Shown here in pieces: positions 9,901 to 20,181 of a stretch of 59,370 nt of DNA. Positions within the stretch are counted from its first letter, which is position 1. Each line of letters starts with the position of its first letter. A program made the translations under genes and the position numbers. The stretch comes from Rhizobium sp. Q54 (lineage in GTDB: Bacteria; Pseudomonadota; Alphaproteobacteria; Rhizobiales; Beijerinckiaceae), in NCBI GenBank assembly GCA_945901195.1, contig CAMDKB010000001.1:1-59370 (forward strand). Direction: 5' to 3'. Under the pieces are notes generated by a model. The model was not told where the DNA came from and ran no database searches. It saw nothing but the letters and a program-made list of their open reading frames with translations.

Positions 9901-10022
9901 TGGGTTGGGGCACATGAGCCATTTATAGGCCTGGAAAGCTAACAGATGCTTGAAATTCACGATTAATGAAATGATTAGATATTTAGGTTCAACTGTTTAA
10001 TCCATCATCACGAAAGTTCGCC

Positions 10023-12713
10023 ATGCAGCTTTTGAGAGCCCTGTCTATCCGGATCAAATTAATCGCATTGGTTTCCCTTGCTGTTCTGGGCGCACAAATC
10101 TTCATTTCATGTGTATTGCTCTGGCAGGAGGCGAGCCGTTATGGCTTGGCCAAACGCGATTCCATGCTGTCTGCTGCACAGGTCTTGTCGGCGGGAGTCG
10201 CGCCGGCGGTGGTGAGCGGAAATCGCTTGGAAATCCGGACGGTATTGAGGGCCATCGGTCGAATTCCTGGACTACTTTACGTGGGTGTGGAGGATGCCAG
10301 CGGGCGTGAACTCACTGATCTCGGCGCAACAGAACAATTGGTTCGCGATCTCAAGTTTTCGACGCACGAGGCAGAAGCTATGCCACTAAGGGCATTATTG
10401 CGGAGCCGTACAGCGGAACTGGAAGTCCCTATAGTCTCGGGCGGTTTGACTGTGGGTCGTTTACGACTTGTTAGCGATACATCAGATTTGCCCGCCCAGT
10501 TATGGTCGGCTCTGAGCGTTACATTCTACGGCGCGCTGGTTGCGCTCGTGCTGGCTTTGCTGATTGCGTTGCGGCTTCAGCGTTCGATCACACGCCCGTT
10601 GACGATGCTGACGCGATCGATGGCGCGGGTTGGCTCACATCACGATTATTCCACAGAACTCAAAAGTCAGGGCAATGATGAAATCAGCGTTCTTGTGCGT
10701 GGGTTCAACACCATGATTGCCGATATTCGCGAGCGTGACGGGAAGCTCGCCCGGCATCGCGAGAATCTGGAACAAGAAGTAATCGAACGTACGCAAGATT
10801 ACCGCGACGCGCGCGACGCAGCCGAGGCTGCGAATAATGCCAAATCAGATTTCCTGGCGACCATGAGCCACGAAATTCGCACGCCAATGAATGGTATTCT
10901 CGTGATGGCCGATCTTCTGGCGGGCGGCGATCTGCCGCCGCGATCCCGGCGCTATGCTGAGGTCATCGCGCGCTCTGGGCAGAGCCTGGTTGCGATCATC
11001 AACGACATTCTGGATTTTTCGAAAATTGAAGCCGGCAAACTTGATGTCGAACAGCTGGCGGTTGAAGCAGCAGACTGCGCTGAAAACGCGGTCAATCTTT
11101 TTGGCGAAAGAGCGCAATCGAAAAGGCTTGATCTCATTGCGCGGATTGATGTGGACGCGCCGCAATACGCCGTCGCAGATCCGGTTCGTCTCAATCAGGT
11201 GCTTGCCAATCTCGTCAACAATGCATTGAAGTTTACCGAAGCAGGCTCGGTGACTCTGCGCGTAGGTCAATCGTCTGGCCGGGTTGTCTTCAGTGTCAGC
11301 GATACGGGAATAGGCATTGCCGCAGACAAGATCACATCCATATTCAGCGCATTCTCGCAAGCCGATCAGACGACCACGCGGCGCTTTGGCGGCACCGGGC
11401 TAGGGCTTTCCATTGCCCAGAGGCTGGTGTCGGCCATGGGGGGTGAGATCACGGTGACAAGTCAGTTGGGCAAAGGGTCCGTCTTCAGCTTCTCGTTGCC
11501 TGCTGCTCAGGACTCACAGGCAAGCGCCTGGCCGCTTCTGACGGATATATCGCGGAAACAGGCGTTGATCTGTGTCAGCGGGCAAGCGACGTGTGACGCC
11601 CTGAGTTATTATCTTGTTCAGGCAGGCTTTGATGTCAGCGTAGCATCAACCGAAACATTCGCCACGCAGGTGCGAACCGCAGGTTTGATTGCTGCGGGGG
11701 TCAAGGAGCTCGAGTCGCTTGAGGAGAATGCAGTCAGAGGCGGAGCAACCATTATAGCGCTTGCCGGGCTGGGCGAGGCGGGCCTTGAGAGGCTTGAGGC
11801 AAGGGGTCTGGCCCATGTCTGTCTGGAAGTGCCCTTGTCTCGTCAGGATATCTGTGCGGTTTTGCAAGCGGTATGTGAAGGTCGGCCAGTGAAGCAGGCC
11901 AACAAGTCTACATGGGAGGCAGGCAAGGATGTGCAGTTCCCGGGCGCACGTGTCCTTGTAGTGGATGATGGCGCTGTCAATCGCGAAGTGGCGCAGGAAG
12001 CGCTCCGGCGTTTTGGGATCATTGCAGAACTTGCTTGCGATGGTCTTGAAGCCGTCAGTCTTTGCGCGAGTCATGACTACGATATCGTGCTGATGGATGG
12101 CAGCATGCCGGGTATGGACGGATTTGAAGCAACACGCAAAATCCGAGGCCGGGAGAGCGAAGCTGGTTCCCAAAGGCAAATCATTGTCGCGGTCACAGCG
12201 CATGTAGTGGGCCGCGCGGCCGATGGCTGGCGCGAATGTGGAATGGATGGCGTGTTGCACAAGCCGTTTACAATGGCTTCGATGACGGCTTGTCTCAGCC
12301 AGTTCCTGACCGGGCAAGCGGCAGCCAACCAAACCACGCAATCCACATTCGATGCTGGCGATGGGGTCCTTGATTTTGCGCTGGTGGAGCAATTGCGGGA
12401 TATGGCTGCATTGGGGCGAAGCGATTTCGTGCTTCGCGTGTCGGCGCTTTATCGCGATCACGCACCATCTGCCCTGGCGGACATCGAAGCGGCTTGGGCG
12501 GTTCAGGATATGCAGGCTCTAAGCAAAGCAGCACACGCCTTGAAATCAATGAGCTATAATGTGGGCGCCAAACGAGTGGGCCTTCTGGCGGATGAACTGG
12601 AACTGCAGGCGGGTGGTTCACACATGGCCGACGCTGACACACAAATAAAAAGCCTCCGCGAAGCTATCGCAGAGGCCTGTTCCGAATTGGCTGCCATTGC
12701 TCTGGCGGCCTGA
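10023..12713 (+). CDS. Hybrid sensor histidine kinase (periplasmic sensor-HAMP-HisKA-HATPase-degenerate REC-REC-Hpt)
   Basis: Two TM helices, HAMP, FLATMSHEIRTPMNG, NALKFT, DTGIGI, GGTGLGL, VVDD..DGSMP..KP, AHALKS Hpt. Confidence 0.92.
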   Translation: MQLLRALSIRIKLIALVSLAVLGAQIFISCVLLWQEASRYGLAKRDSMLSAAQVLSAGVAPAVVSGNRLEIRTVLRAIGRIPGLLYVGVEDASGRELTDLGATEQLVRDLKFSTHEAEAMPLRALLRSRTAELEVPIVSGGLTVGRLRLVSDTSDLPAQLWSALSVTFYGALVALVLALLIALRLQRSITRPLTMLTRSMARVGSHHDYSTELKSQGNDEISVLVRGFNTMIADIRERDGKLARHRENLEQEVIERTQDYRDARDAAEAANNAKSDFLATMSHEIRTPMNGILVMADLLAGGDLPPRSRRYAEVIARSGQSLVAIINDILDFSKIEAGKLDVEQLAVEAADCAENAVNLFGERAQSKRLDLIARIDVDAPQYAVADPVRLNQVLANLVNNALKFTEAGSVTLRVGQSSGRVVFSVSDTGIGIAADKITSIFSAFSQADQTTTRRFGGTGLGLSIAQRLVSAMGGEITVTSQLGKGSVFSFSLPAAQDSQASAWPLLTDISRKQALICVSGQATCDALSYYLVQAGFDVSVASTETFATQVRTAGLIAAGVKELESLEENAVRGGATIIALAGLGEAGLERLEARGLAHVCLEVPLSRQDICAVLQAVCEGRPVKQANKSTWEAGKDVQFPGARVLVVDDGAVNREVAQEALRRFGIIAELACDGLEAVSLCASHDYDIVLMDGSMPGMDGFEATRKIRGRESEAGSQRQIIVAVTAHVVGRAADGWRECGMDGVLHKPFTMASMTACLSQFLTGQAAANQTTQSTFDAGDGVLDFALVEQLRDMAALGRSDFVLRVSALYRDHAPSALADIEAAWAVQDMQALSKAAHALKSMSYNVGAKRVGLLADELELQAGGSHMADADTQIKSLREAIAEACSELAAIALAA

Positions 12714-12716
12714 CAC

Positions 12717-13286
12717 TTAATCCTTGGCGCGTTCAACGTAGCTGCCGTCTTCGGTATTCACTACAACGCGGGTGCCAGCGGAAATATGCGGTGGCACCAT
12801 GATACGGGCGCCGTTGGTCAGGATTGCCGGCTTGTAGGAGGACGATGCGGTCTGCCCTTTCATGGCAGGCTCCGTCTCGGAGATTTCAAAGGTGACGCGC
12901 GGCGGCAACTGGATGCCGACAGCTAGTTCATTAAAGATGCTGAGAATGACTTTCATGCCCTCCTGCAGATAGGCGGCCTGATCGCCAATAAGATCTTCGG
13001 TCAGGGTCAACTGCTCGAAGGTCTCGTTGTTCATGAAATGATAGCCCTCGGCATCGTTATAAAGAAAATCGTGCTCGCGATCTTCAACATGGGCGCGCTC
13101 GACCTGCTCGGTGGTCTTGTAGCGGTCTGTGGTCTTAACGCCGGTGGCCAGGCCGCGCATGTCAATCTGCGTTGTCGGCGTGCCCTTGCCGGGGTGAAAA
13201 CTTTCGGCAGACAGAACGACATAGAGATTGCCGTCCTCACGTTCAATTATGTTGCCCTTGCGGATCGAGCTGGCGATGACTTTCAC
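12717..13286 (-). CDS. efp: Elongation factor P
   Basis: PGKG loop, [20 protein letters not shown]; GTG start. Confidence 0.97.
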   Translation of the reverse strand: MKVIASSIRKGNIIEREDGNLYVVLSAESFHPGKGTPTTQIDMRGLATGVKTTDRYKTTEQVERAHVEDREHDFLYNDAEGYHFMNNETFEQLTLTEDLIGDQAAYLQEGMKVILSIFNELAVGIQLPPRVTFEISETEPAMKGQTASSSYKPAILTNGARIMVPPHISAGTRVVVNTEDGSYVERAKD

Positions 13287-13458
13287 GCGGATGTTCCCTT
13301 GTCGTGGCGGCTCCGACCGGTTGGATCGGACACTCCTGCCGCTTGAATGGATGGACCGCCAAGCCTATAGCAACCTACCCAAGGCTTTGGCGGAATCGGG
13401 CGCACAATACTCATAATTGTGCCCAACGCCACCCCATTCGCATCTGCGAGCGTGCTTC

Positions 13459-14541
13459 ATGGCGGATTTTACTCATACCGGGCCGCCCTCGCCCTTTTGG
13501 GCGCGGCAAGTTTATGCGGATCGCCGTCCGTTCTTGCTGGCGCGCGCGCGCATTTTGGCAGCGTGGCGGAATTGGTTTGCAGGCGAGGACTTCATCGAAG
13601 TGGAGACGTCGATCCTGCAGGTTTCCCCGGGAAATGAAGCGCATATCAGCGCTTTTGCGACGGAATATCTGGGTCCCGATGGGAAATCCCAGCCTTTTTA
13701 TCTCCACACTTCACCAGAATTTGCGTGCAAGAAACTGCTGGCCGCCGGGGAAGAGCGCATTTTTACGCTGGCTCCTGTTTTTCGAAACCGGGAGCGGGGG
13801 CCGTTGCACGCGCCAGACTTTACGATGCTGGAATGGTACCGGGCCGGCGCGCCGTATCACCAGCTCATCGCAGATTGCCAGGCGCTGACGGCGTTGGCGG
13901 CGCAGGCGGCGGGCTCCCGGCTCATGGTTTGGCGTGGACGCAGCTGCGATCCTTTTGCGGGCGCCGAAATTCTCAGCGTGAGTGAGGCTTTTCAAAGGCA
14001 TGCGGGTATCGATCTGGACGCAACGCTGACATTGGAGGGCGGGAATCGGGATGGGCTGGCTGATCAGGCCGCCAAACTGGGCTTGCGGATAACGAGCGAC
14101 GACAGCTGGTCGGACCTATTAAGTAAAATTCTCAGCGGGTGGGTCGAGCCCAATCTTGGCATGGGGCGGATGACTGTGCTCGATCTCTACCCGGCCTGCG
14201 AGGCTGCGCTGGCGCGGGGCTCGCGTGATCCACGTTTTGCCGAGCGATTCGAGCTTTATGCCTGCGGCGTGGAGCTGGCCAATGCGTTCGGTGAGCTGAC
14301 GGATGCATCAGAACAACGCCGCCGGTTCCAGGCGGAAATGGTTGAAAAAAATAGAATATATGGAGAGAGCTATCCTCTGGACGAGGATTTTCTGGACGCA
14401 CTGGCGGATATGCCTGAAGCCTCCGGGATCGCGCTTGGGGTTGAACGGCTGATCATGCTGGTGAGCGGCGCTACCGATATCGATCAGGTCATCTGGACCC
14501 CTTTGCCGAAACGAACTGCATATGCGCCACATATTACCTGA
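13459..14541 (+). CDS. epmA: EF-P lysine aminoacylase EpmA (GenX/PoxA)
   Basis: LysRS catalytic-domain motifs YLHTSPEFACKKLL, FRN.E, ERFELY, GVELANAF, GIALGVERL; no anticodon-binding domain; divergent from efp. Confidence 0.93.
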   Translation: MADFTHTGPPSPFWARQVYADRRPFLLARARILAAWRNWFAGEDFIEVETSILQVSPGNEAHISAFATEYLGPDGKSQPFYLHTSPEFACKKLLAAGEERIFTLAPVFRNRERGPLHAPDFTMLEWYRAGAPYHQLIADCQALTALAAQAAGSRLMVWRGRSCDPFAGAEILSVSEAFQRHAGIDLDATLTLEGGNRDGLADQAAKLGLRITSDDSWSDLLSKILSGWVEPNLGMGRMTVLDLYPACEAALARGSRDPRFAERFELYACGVELANAFGELTDASEQRRRFQAEMVEKNRIYGESYPLDEDFLDALADMPEASGIALGVERLIMLVSGATDIDQVIWTPLPKRTAYAPHIT

Positions 14542-14572
14542 AGCTTGCCATAAAATGATCTAGACAGGCGGC

Positions 14573-15685
14573 ATGGCGGACGATTCACGCATAGAAATAC
14601 AGGCCAGCTTACGCACGGCCAGCGACCTGGCTGCGGCGGGGCTGATTGCTTCTGCCAGCGAAGCTGGTCTCGCCAAAGTCGCTGAACGATATGCAGTAGC
14701 GCTGACGCCCGATGTGGTCGCATTAATCGACCCCTCTGATCCCCATGATCCCATTGCGCGCCAATTCATACCGGATGAGCGCGAGCTCGAAAGCGCGCCC
14801 CACGAACTCGCGGACCCCATTGGCGATGAAGTGCATTCTCCCGTGGAAGGCATTGTGCATCGATATCCCGACCGGGTGTTGTTGAAACTGCTTTCTGTTT
14901 GCCCTGTGTATTGCCGTTTCTGTTTCCGGCGGGAGACCGTGGGGCCAGGCGCTGAACAGGTGCTGTCCTCTGAGGCACTGGAGAAAGCACTCACATATAT
15001 TTCTGCCACGCCGGCAATCTGGGAAGTTATCCTGACGGGGGGTGATCCTCTGATGCTTTCGCCGCGCCGCCTTGGAGCGGTGATGACCAGGCTCGCCGCC
15101 ATAGACCATGTGAAGATCATCCGCATTCACACGCGGATTCCCGTGGTTGATCCTTCGCGTATCAATGAGGCATTGATCGCAGCGCTGATGTCGTCGCGCA
15201 AGACCGTTTTTGTCGCGCTGCATGCCAATCATCCGCGCGAGATGAGCGCGCGCGCGCGCGCGGCGTGCGCCCGCCTGATCGACGCCGGTCTTCCCATGGT
15301 TTCGCAAAGTGTTTTGTTGCGCGGGGTGAATGATGACGCCGACATCCTGGCGGCTTTGATGCGGACCTTCGTCGAAAATCGAATCAAACCCTATTATCTT
15401 CATCATGGGGACCTTGCCCCGGGCACGTCGCACTTCCGCTTGCCCCTTGAATCCGGGCAAGACCTGATGCGGCAGTTGCGCGGCCGTCTCTCGGGGTTGG
15501 CCATGCCAGAATATGTGCTTGATATTCCAGGCGGGCATGGCAAATCCCCGATCGGGCCGAGTTATGTTTCATCGCAGTCCGGCGGCTCGGGGCGACCGGT
15601 TCAGGACTGGCAGGGGAAAGTCCACATTTATGACGACCCTGCGCCGATGAATTCACTAGCGGCGGGAAAGCCGGACGGAGCCTGA
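14573..15685 (+). CDS. epmB: Lysine 2,3-aminomutase-like radical SAM protein EpmB
   Basis: HRYPDRVLL, CPVYCRFCFR, TGGDPL, SQSVLLRGVND, PGGHGK; follows epmA. Confidence 0.9.
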   Translation: MADDSRIEIQASLRTASDLAAAGLIASASEAGLAKVAERYAVALTPDVVALIDPSDPHDPIARQFIPDERELESAPHELADPIGDEVHSPVEGIVHRYPDRVLLKLLSVCPVYCRFCFRRETVGPGAEQVLSSEALEKALTYISATPAIWEVILTGGDPLMLSPRRLGAVMTRLAAIDHVKIIRIHTRIPVVDPSRINEALIAALMSSRKTVFVALHANHPREMSARARAACARLIDAGLPMVSQSVLLRGVNDDADILAALMRTFVENRIKPYYLHHGDLAPGTSHFRLPLESGQDLMRQLRGRLSGLAMPEYVLDIPGGHGKSPIGPSYVSSQSGGSGRPVQDWQGKVHIYDDPAPMNSLAAGKPDGA

Positions 15686-15686
15686 T

Positions 15687-18014
15687 GTGCAAGCTTTTCT
15701 TCGCATACTCGTCCTGGGCCTGTTGCTGGCGGCAGGCTATCACGCGCTGGCGCAAGACAAGACTCCAGAAATGCCGCCAAGGCTTTCAGCCATAGCGGCC
15801 AAGATTGATGACATCTCCAAATCCGTTCGCGACAACGAGCTTGATGATTCCGCGCTGCTGCAATTTCGGACCCAACTGGAGCCGTTGTCAGCGGACAATC
15901 AGGCAATCCTTGAGGAACTGCAGCCACTGCTGGAAGCGGCCAGGCAGCGCCTTGAACAACTTGGCGCCAAGCCGGCGGCCAACGAGCCTCCGGAATCGGC
16001 GGAAGCTGCCAAGACGCGGGCTGAAAACCAGAAGGCGTTTGATGACCTTGATACGCAGATCAAACGTGCGCGAGTCCTGTCTGTACGCGTGACCCAGGTG
16101 GGTGGTGACATTACCAATGCGCGCCGCGAATTGTTACTTGGCGAAATCTTCAAACCGACATCAAGCGCATTCAATCCAAGCGTCTGGTACAATGCCTCGC
16201 TGGCGATGCCGCGGGTATCACGCACGCTGACGTTCATTGTCTCGGACTTGTTCGATAGAATACAGCAGCGTCTCAAAGGCGCGCGGTTGCTGCGCTTTAT
16301 TGGAGCTGTGCTTATTCTGACTGGCCTATACGCCGCCTTGCGCTATCTTGTGCTCAGGTTTGTAATACGAAAGCCCCGAACCGACGCAATTTCAAAGTTT
16401 CAAAAGACGATTGCTGCAATCTGGGTCGCTCTGACGATTGCAATTCTGCCGATTGCTGTCGCCATGGCGTTTGTCGAAATTCTCAAGTCCTTTGATCTGA
16501 TCACGCCATATGTGACGCCTTTTATTGCCGCTGTGTTGGATGTTGTCCGCATGATTTCGGTGTGCGTTGGATTGGCGCGTGGCCTGTTCGCCCCCGGACG
16601 TCCCGAGTGGCGGCTGTTGTCGTTGCACGATGATGTGGCCCGCCGCTATCATAGATTGGCGTTGAATTTTGTGTGCATCGTGGCTGCATTGAGGTTGATG
16701 GAATCCATCAATCAGATTGTGAGTGCGCCCCTTGATATTTCGATTGCTGTGCGCTCGCTGCTGACGATCAGTGCGGCGATTGTCATGGCCAATTCGCTCT
16801 TTGGCGCGGCGCGGTCGGGCAAACTATTGGACATTGAGCTGGGTCCGATCCTCGAGAAGAAGCGAGACTGGTTCTCGGTCTGGTGGCTTGCTGTCTGGGC
16901 CGCCATCATCGGCATTATTGGCGCAAACATTTTTGGCTACATCAATTTTGCAAACTTCATGATCACCCAGATCATGTGGGTGACGTTTATTCTGGTGGTG
17001 GCCTATCTGCTTTATACACTTGCCAATGAAGCCATCGGCCAGTTCATGAATCCCAACTCTGCTATCGCGCAAGCCGCTTCGACGGCGTTGGGCGTGGGCT
17101 CATCCGCGCTCAAACAGATTTCAATATTGTTGTCTGGTCTTGTGTCCCTAATGATATATTTCATAAGTGTCCTTCTTATACTTGCCCCTTGGGGGGTGGA
17201 GTCCAATAGCATTTTCGACACATTGCAGGCAGCGTTCTTCGGTTTCAGTTTCGGCGCTCTCAGCTTTTCGCTTTCAGGCGTTGTGATTGCGATTGTGTTA
17301 TTCTTCATCGGTTTTATAGCGACGAGGGCATTTCAACGCTGGCTGGAAAAAAACTATCTGCCCAGCACGGAGCTCGATTCGGGTTTGCAGAATTCGATCA
17401 CGACCAGCGCTGGATATGCCGGCGCTCTTGCGGCTATTGCGCTGCCGTTCGCCTATCTCGGGTTCAGTTTCGATAAGCTGGCAATCGTTGCCGGCGCGTT
17501 GTCGGTCGGTATTGGTTTTGGTCTGCAATCCATCGTGAACAACTTCGTCTCAGGTCTTATTCTGTTGTGGGAAAGAGCTGTGAAGGTGGGCGACTGGGTC
17601 GTGGTTGGCTCTGATCAAGGCATCGTCAAGCGCATCAACGTGCGCTCAACGGAGATCGAGACTTTCGAACGGCAGACTGTCATCGTTCCCAATTCCAACC
17701 TGATCTCCGGTGTCGTCAAGAATTGGGTCCGGATGGACAGGAACGGACGGTTCAACCTGGAAATCAAGGTGGACTACAAATCTGATCCCGAAGACGTGCG
17801 CGACATCTTGGTGGCGTGCGCCATAAATCATCCCCACGTCCTGCAAGCGCCGGCGCCGAGTGTCATGTTCACGGAATTTGCAAATACGACATTGAATTTC
17901 GATTTGCGTTGTTTTGTCGATGATGTCGACCATATGGGCAGGACACGCAGCGATCTGCGATTTGAAATTTTCAGGCGTTTCAGAGCCGCTGGCATCATCA
18001 TGCCGCCGCCCTGA
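15687..18014 (+). CDS. Large MscS-family mechanosensitive channel with DUF3772-type N-terminus
   Basis: Periplasmic coiled coil, multiple TMs, GALSVGIGFGLQSIVNNFVSG, IVPNS. Confidence 0.9.
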   Translation: MQAFLRILVLGLLLAAGYHALAQDKTPEMPPRLSAIAAKIDDISKSVRDNELDDSALLQFRTQLEPLSADNQAILEELQPLLEAARQRLEQLGAKPAANEPPESAEAAKTRAENQKAFDDLDTQIKRARVLSVRVTQVGGDITNARRELLLGEIFKPTSSAFNPSVWYNASLAMPRVSRTLTFIVSDLFDRIQQRLKGARLLRFIGAVLILTGLYAALRYLVLRFVIRKPRTDAISKFQKTIAAIWVALTIAILPIAVAMAFVEILKSFDLITPYVTPFIAAVLDVVRMISVCVGLARGLFAPGRPEWRLLSLHDDVARRYHRLALNFVCIVAALRLMESINQIVSAPLDISIAVRSLLTISAAIVMANSLFGAARSGKLLDIELGPILEKKRDWFSVWWLAVWAAIIGIIGANIFGYINFANFMITQIMWVTFILVVAYLLYTLANEAIGQFMNPNSAIAQAASTALGVGSSALKQISILLSGLVSLMIYFISVLLILAPWGVESNSIFDTLQAAFFGFSFGALSFSLSGVVIAIVLFFIGFIATRAFQRWLEKNYLPSTELDSGLQNSITTSAGYAGALAAIALPFAYLGFSFDKLAIVAGALSVGIGFGLQSIVNNFVSGLILLWERAVKVGDWVVVGSDQGIVKRINVRSTEIETFERQTVIVPNSNLISGVVKNWVRMDRNGRFNLEIKVDYKSDPEDVRDILVACAINHPHVLQAPAPSVMFTEFANTTLNFDLRCFVDDVDHMGRTRSDLRFEIFRRFRAAGIIMPPP

Positions 18015-18019
18015 TTGCG

Positions 18020-18757
18020 TCAGGTTTTCTGCGCGGGCTGACCGGCCCGGCTCCAGCGGTGCAGAAATTCAGTCGTCCAGCGGGCGATGGGCCGGTCATG
18101 CTGGAACCAGCCGTCGACATGGGCCTTGCGCGGCTGTGCGCCATTGCCTTCCATGCGTTCGCCCGCTCGCGTCGTCCAGCGGCAGATGTTGATGTAGGTA
18201 ACTTCAGGGTGAAACTGCAGCGCAGTGGCGCTTGCGTATTGAAACGCCTGCACAGGAAACATGTCGCCTTCAGCCAGCAATGTCGCAGCGCGGGGCAGAT
18301 CAAATCCTTCTCGATGCCATTGATAGACCGTTTCAGGAAACGGGGATTGGCATAATGAGCGTCCTGCTTCCGTCGGGCGCACCGGATAATAGCCGATCTC
18401 TGCGCCGGCATCGTCATGCACGTAAACACGTTCGCCAAGGTGACGTGCAATCATCTGTGCGCCCAGACAGAGGCCCAGCAACGGCTTGTTCTCTTTCAGT
18501 GAGACACCGATCCAGTCAATTTCCCGGCGGATGAAATCATCGGGATCATTGGCGCTCATGGGGCCGCCGAAGATTACTGTGCCCGCATAATCTTGCAGGG
18601 TTTCAGGCAGCGGATCGCCAAAACGGGGGCGACATTCGACAATGTCAAATCCCATGCGTGACAGAAGCACCCCGACGCGACCCGGGGTCGATTGCTCCTG
18701 ATGCAGGACTACGAGGATTTTCCCCGCAGACGAGAACTGGCGGTCAATCTGTTTCAT
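18020..18757 (-). CDS. Class I glutamine amidotransferase
   Basis: GGPMS, GLCLGAQM (Cys), QFHPE (His-Glu). Confidence 0.9.
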   Translation of the reverse strand: MKQIDRQFSSAGKILVVLHQEQSTPGRVGVLLSRMGFDIVECRPRFGDPLPETLQDYAGTVIFGGPMSANDPDDFIRREIDWIGVSLKENKPLLGLCLGAQMIARHLGERVYVHDDAGAEIGYYPVRPTEAGRSLCQSPFPETVYQWHREGFDLPRAATLLAEGDMFPVQAFQYASATALQFHPEVTYINICRWTTRAGERMEGNGAQPRKAHVDGWFQHDRPIARWTTEFLHRWSRAGQPAQKT

Positions 18758-18814
18758 ATGGCTAGAATCGGAATTCAGACGGTCAACGTCAAGCTTTCTT
18801 GTTCGCCAACTTGC

Positions 18815-19591
18815 TTATTTTCCCAGCTGGAGGCGCGCCATGATGGGCAAGAGGACCTGGCGGGGTACAAAGGGCATGAGGCTGGTCATCAATTTGTTCA
18901 TCGCGCCGGGCACGACAACACGGCGGCCAGCCATCAAGCCATCGAATCCGGCCTGTGCGACGGTCATCGAATCCATCATCCCGAAACTTTTGAGTTTTGC
19001 AGTGTAACCGCCGACCCGGTCAAAAAAGCCTGTCGCTGTAGGGCCGGGGCAGAGAGCGGTCACGGTTACGTTCTTGTTGGCCATTTCCTGGGCAAGCGCC
19101 TGACTGAACGAGAGGACATAGGCCTTGCTGGCATAATAGACTGCCATGCCTGGGCCAGGCAGAAAGGCTGCCGTGGAAGCCACATTCAGGATACGGCCCT
19201 TGGATTTTTCGATCGAGGGAAGGAAAATCAGGGTGAGGGCGGTCAAACTGCGAATATTCAGATCGATGATGCCGAGCTGCCCGGCGGGATCGAGCCTGGA
19301 AACCCTTCCATTCATGCCATAGCCGGCATTGTTGACCAGAATTGCGGGTTCGAAGCTTGCCGCCGCCAGCGCTTCGGCGAGTTGGCCCGGAGCGTCGGGC
19401 AGTGTCAGGCCCAGCGCGACAATGAGGGGTTTCTGGCCGCCGGGATTTCCCAATTCGGCCGCGAGGATTTCCATAGCCTGCCGGTTGCGTGCGGCCAGAG
19501 CCAGGGGATGACCCGCCTTTGCAAAAATCCTGGCGAGATCAGCGCCAATGCCCCCGGAGGCTCCGGTAATGAGAACGGGCTGGGCGTTCAC
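18815..19591 (-). CDS. Short-chain dehydrogenase/reductase
   Basis: TGASGGIG, NNAG, YYASK; GTG start overlapping the TerB stop (GTGA). Confidence 0.9.
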   Translation of the reverse strand: MNAQPVLITGASGGIGADLARIFAKAGHPLALAARNRQAMEILAAELGNPGGQKPLIVALGLTLPDAPGQLAEALAAASFEPAILVNNAGYGMNGRVSRLDPAGQLGIIDLNIRSLTALTLIFLPSIEKSKGRILNVASTAAFLPGPGMAVYYASKAYVLSFSQALAQEMANKNVTVTALCPGPTATGFFDRVGGYTAKLKSFGMMDSMTVAQAGFDGLMAGRRVVVPGAMNKLMTSLMPFVPRQVLLPIMARLQLGK

Positions 19592-20061
19592 GAGCTGGTG
19601 TCCGGCCAATGGCCCGGCGAGCGGCTGCGGCGCAATGTTTCCAGATCCGTCTCGCCAATTCCGAACATGGCGGCGATGCGCCAGACAATGGATTCTTCGG
19701 TTTCGTTGGCTTCGCCGTCTGCGAAAACGATATCCCAAATCATTTCAACCAATTTGAGCCGGCCGCTTTCGTCCAGTACGCGTTTGAGGATGTTGACGAA
19801 ATGGTCGATGCCGACAGCCTCCCGATCGCTTTTCAAGGCGTCGCGAACGAGCTGGATGGCAGTCCCGGCATCAAGTTCGAACTTTTCCTTGATGATCTCT
19901 CGCAGCCGCTGATTTTCCTGCTTGTCGAAGTCCCCATCAGAATCGGCGACATGGATCAATAACGCGACCGCGGCGAGGCGGTGGTCGTTTTCGTCAAAAT
20001 GGCGGCGGCTGGCGACAGGCGTTGCCAGATTGCTCAAGAACCCACGCAATGCATCAAACAT
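19588..20061 (-). CDS. TerB-family protein
   Basis: LAAVALLIHVADSDG...E and VFADG...E motifs; start at MFDALRG. Confidence 0.85.
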   Translation of the reverse strand: MFDALRGFLSNLATPVASRRHFDENDHRLAAVALLIHVADSDGDFDKQENQRLREIIKEKFELDAGTAIQLVRDALKSDREAVGIDHFVNILKRVLDESGRLKLVEMIWDIVFADGEANETEESIVWRIAAMFGIGETDLETLRRSRSPGHWPDTSS

Positions 20062-20181
20062 CAAACTGCTCTTCCGATGGCTGTGATGATGGTTTATGCC
20101 AGACCGAGGTTGCTTGCAAAGCGGCATAGAACACATCTGGTCCCCGGTCAGCGGTGGGCAAGGGAAGAAACGAACTAGTGC

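Noticed and set aside
9901-10022. CtrA box between the REC gene and the hybrid kinase
   Set aside because: TTAA half-sites are present but none at N7 spacing
18692-19912. 406-aa plus-strand ORF
   Set aside because: Antisense shadow of the SDR and TerB genes; no motifs
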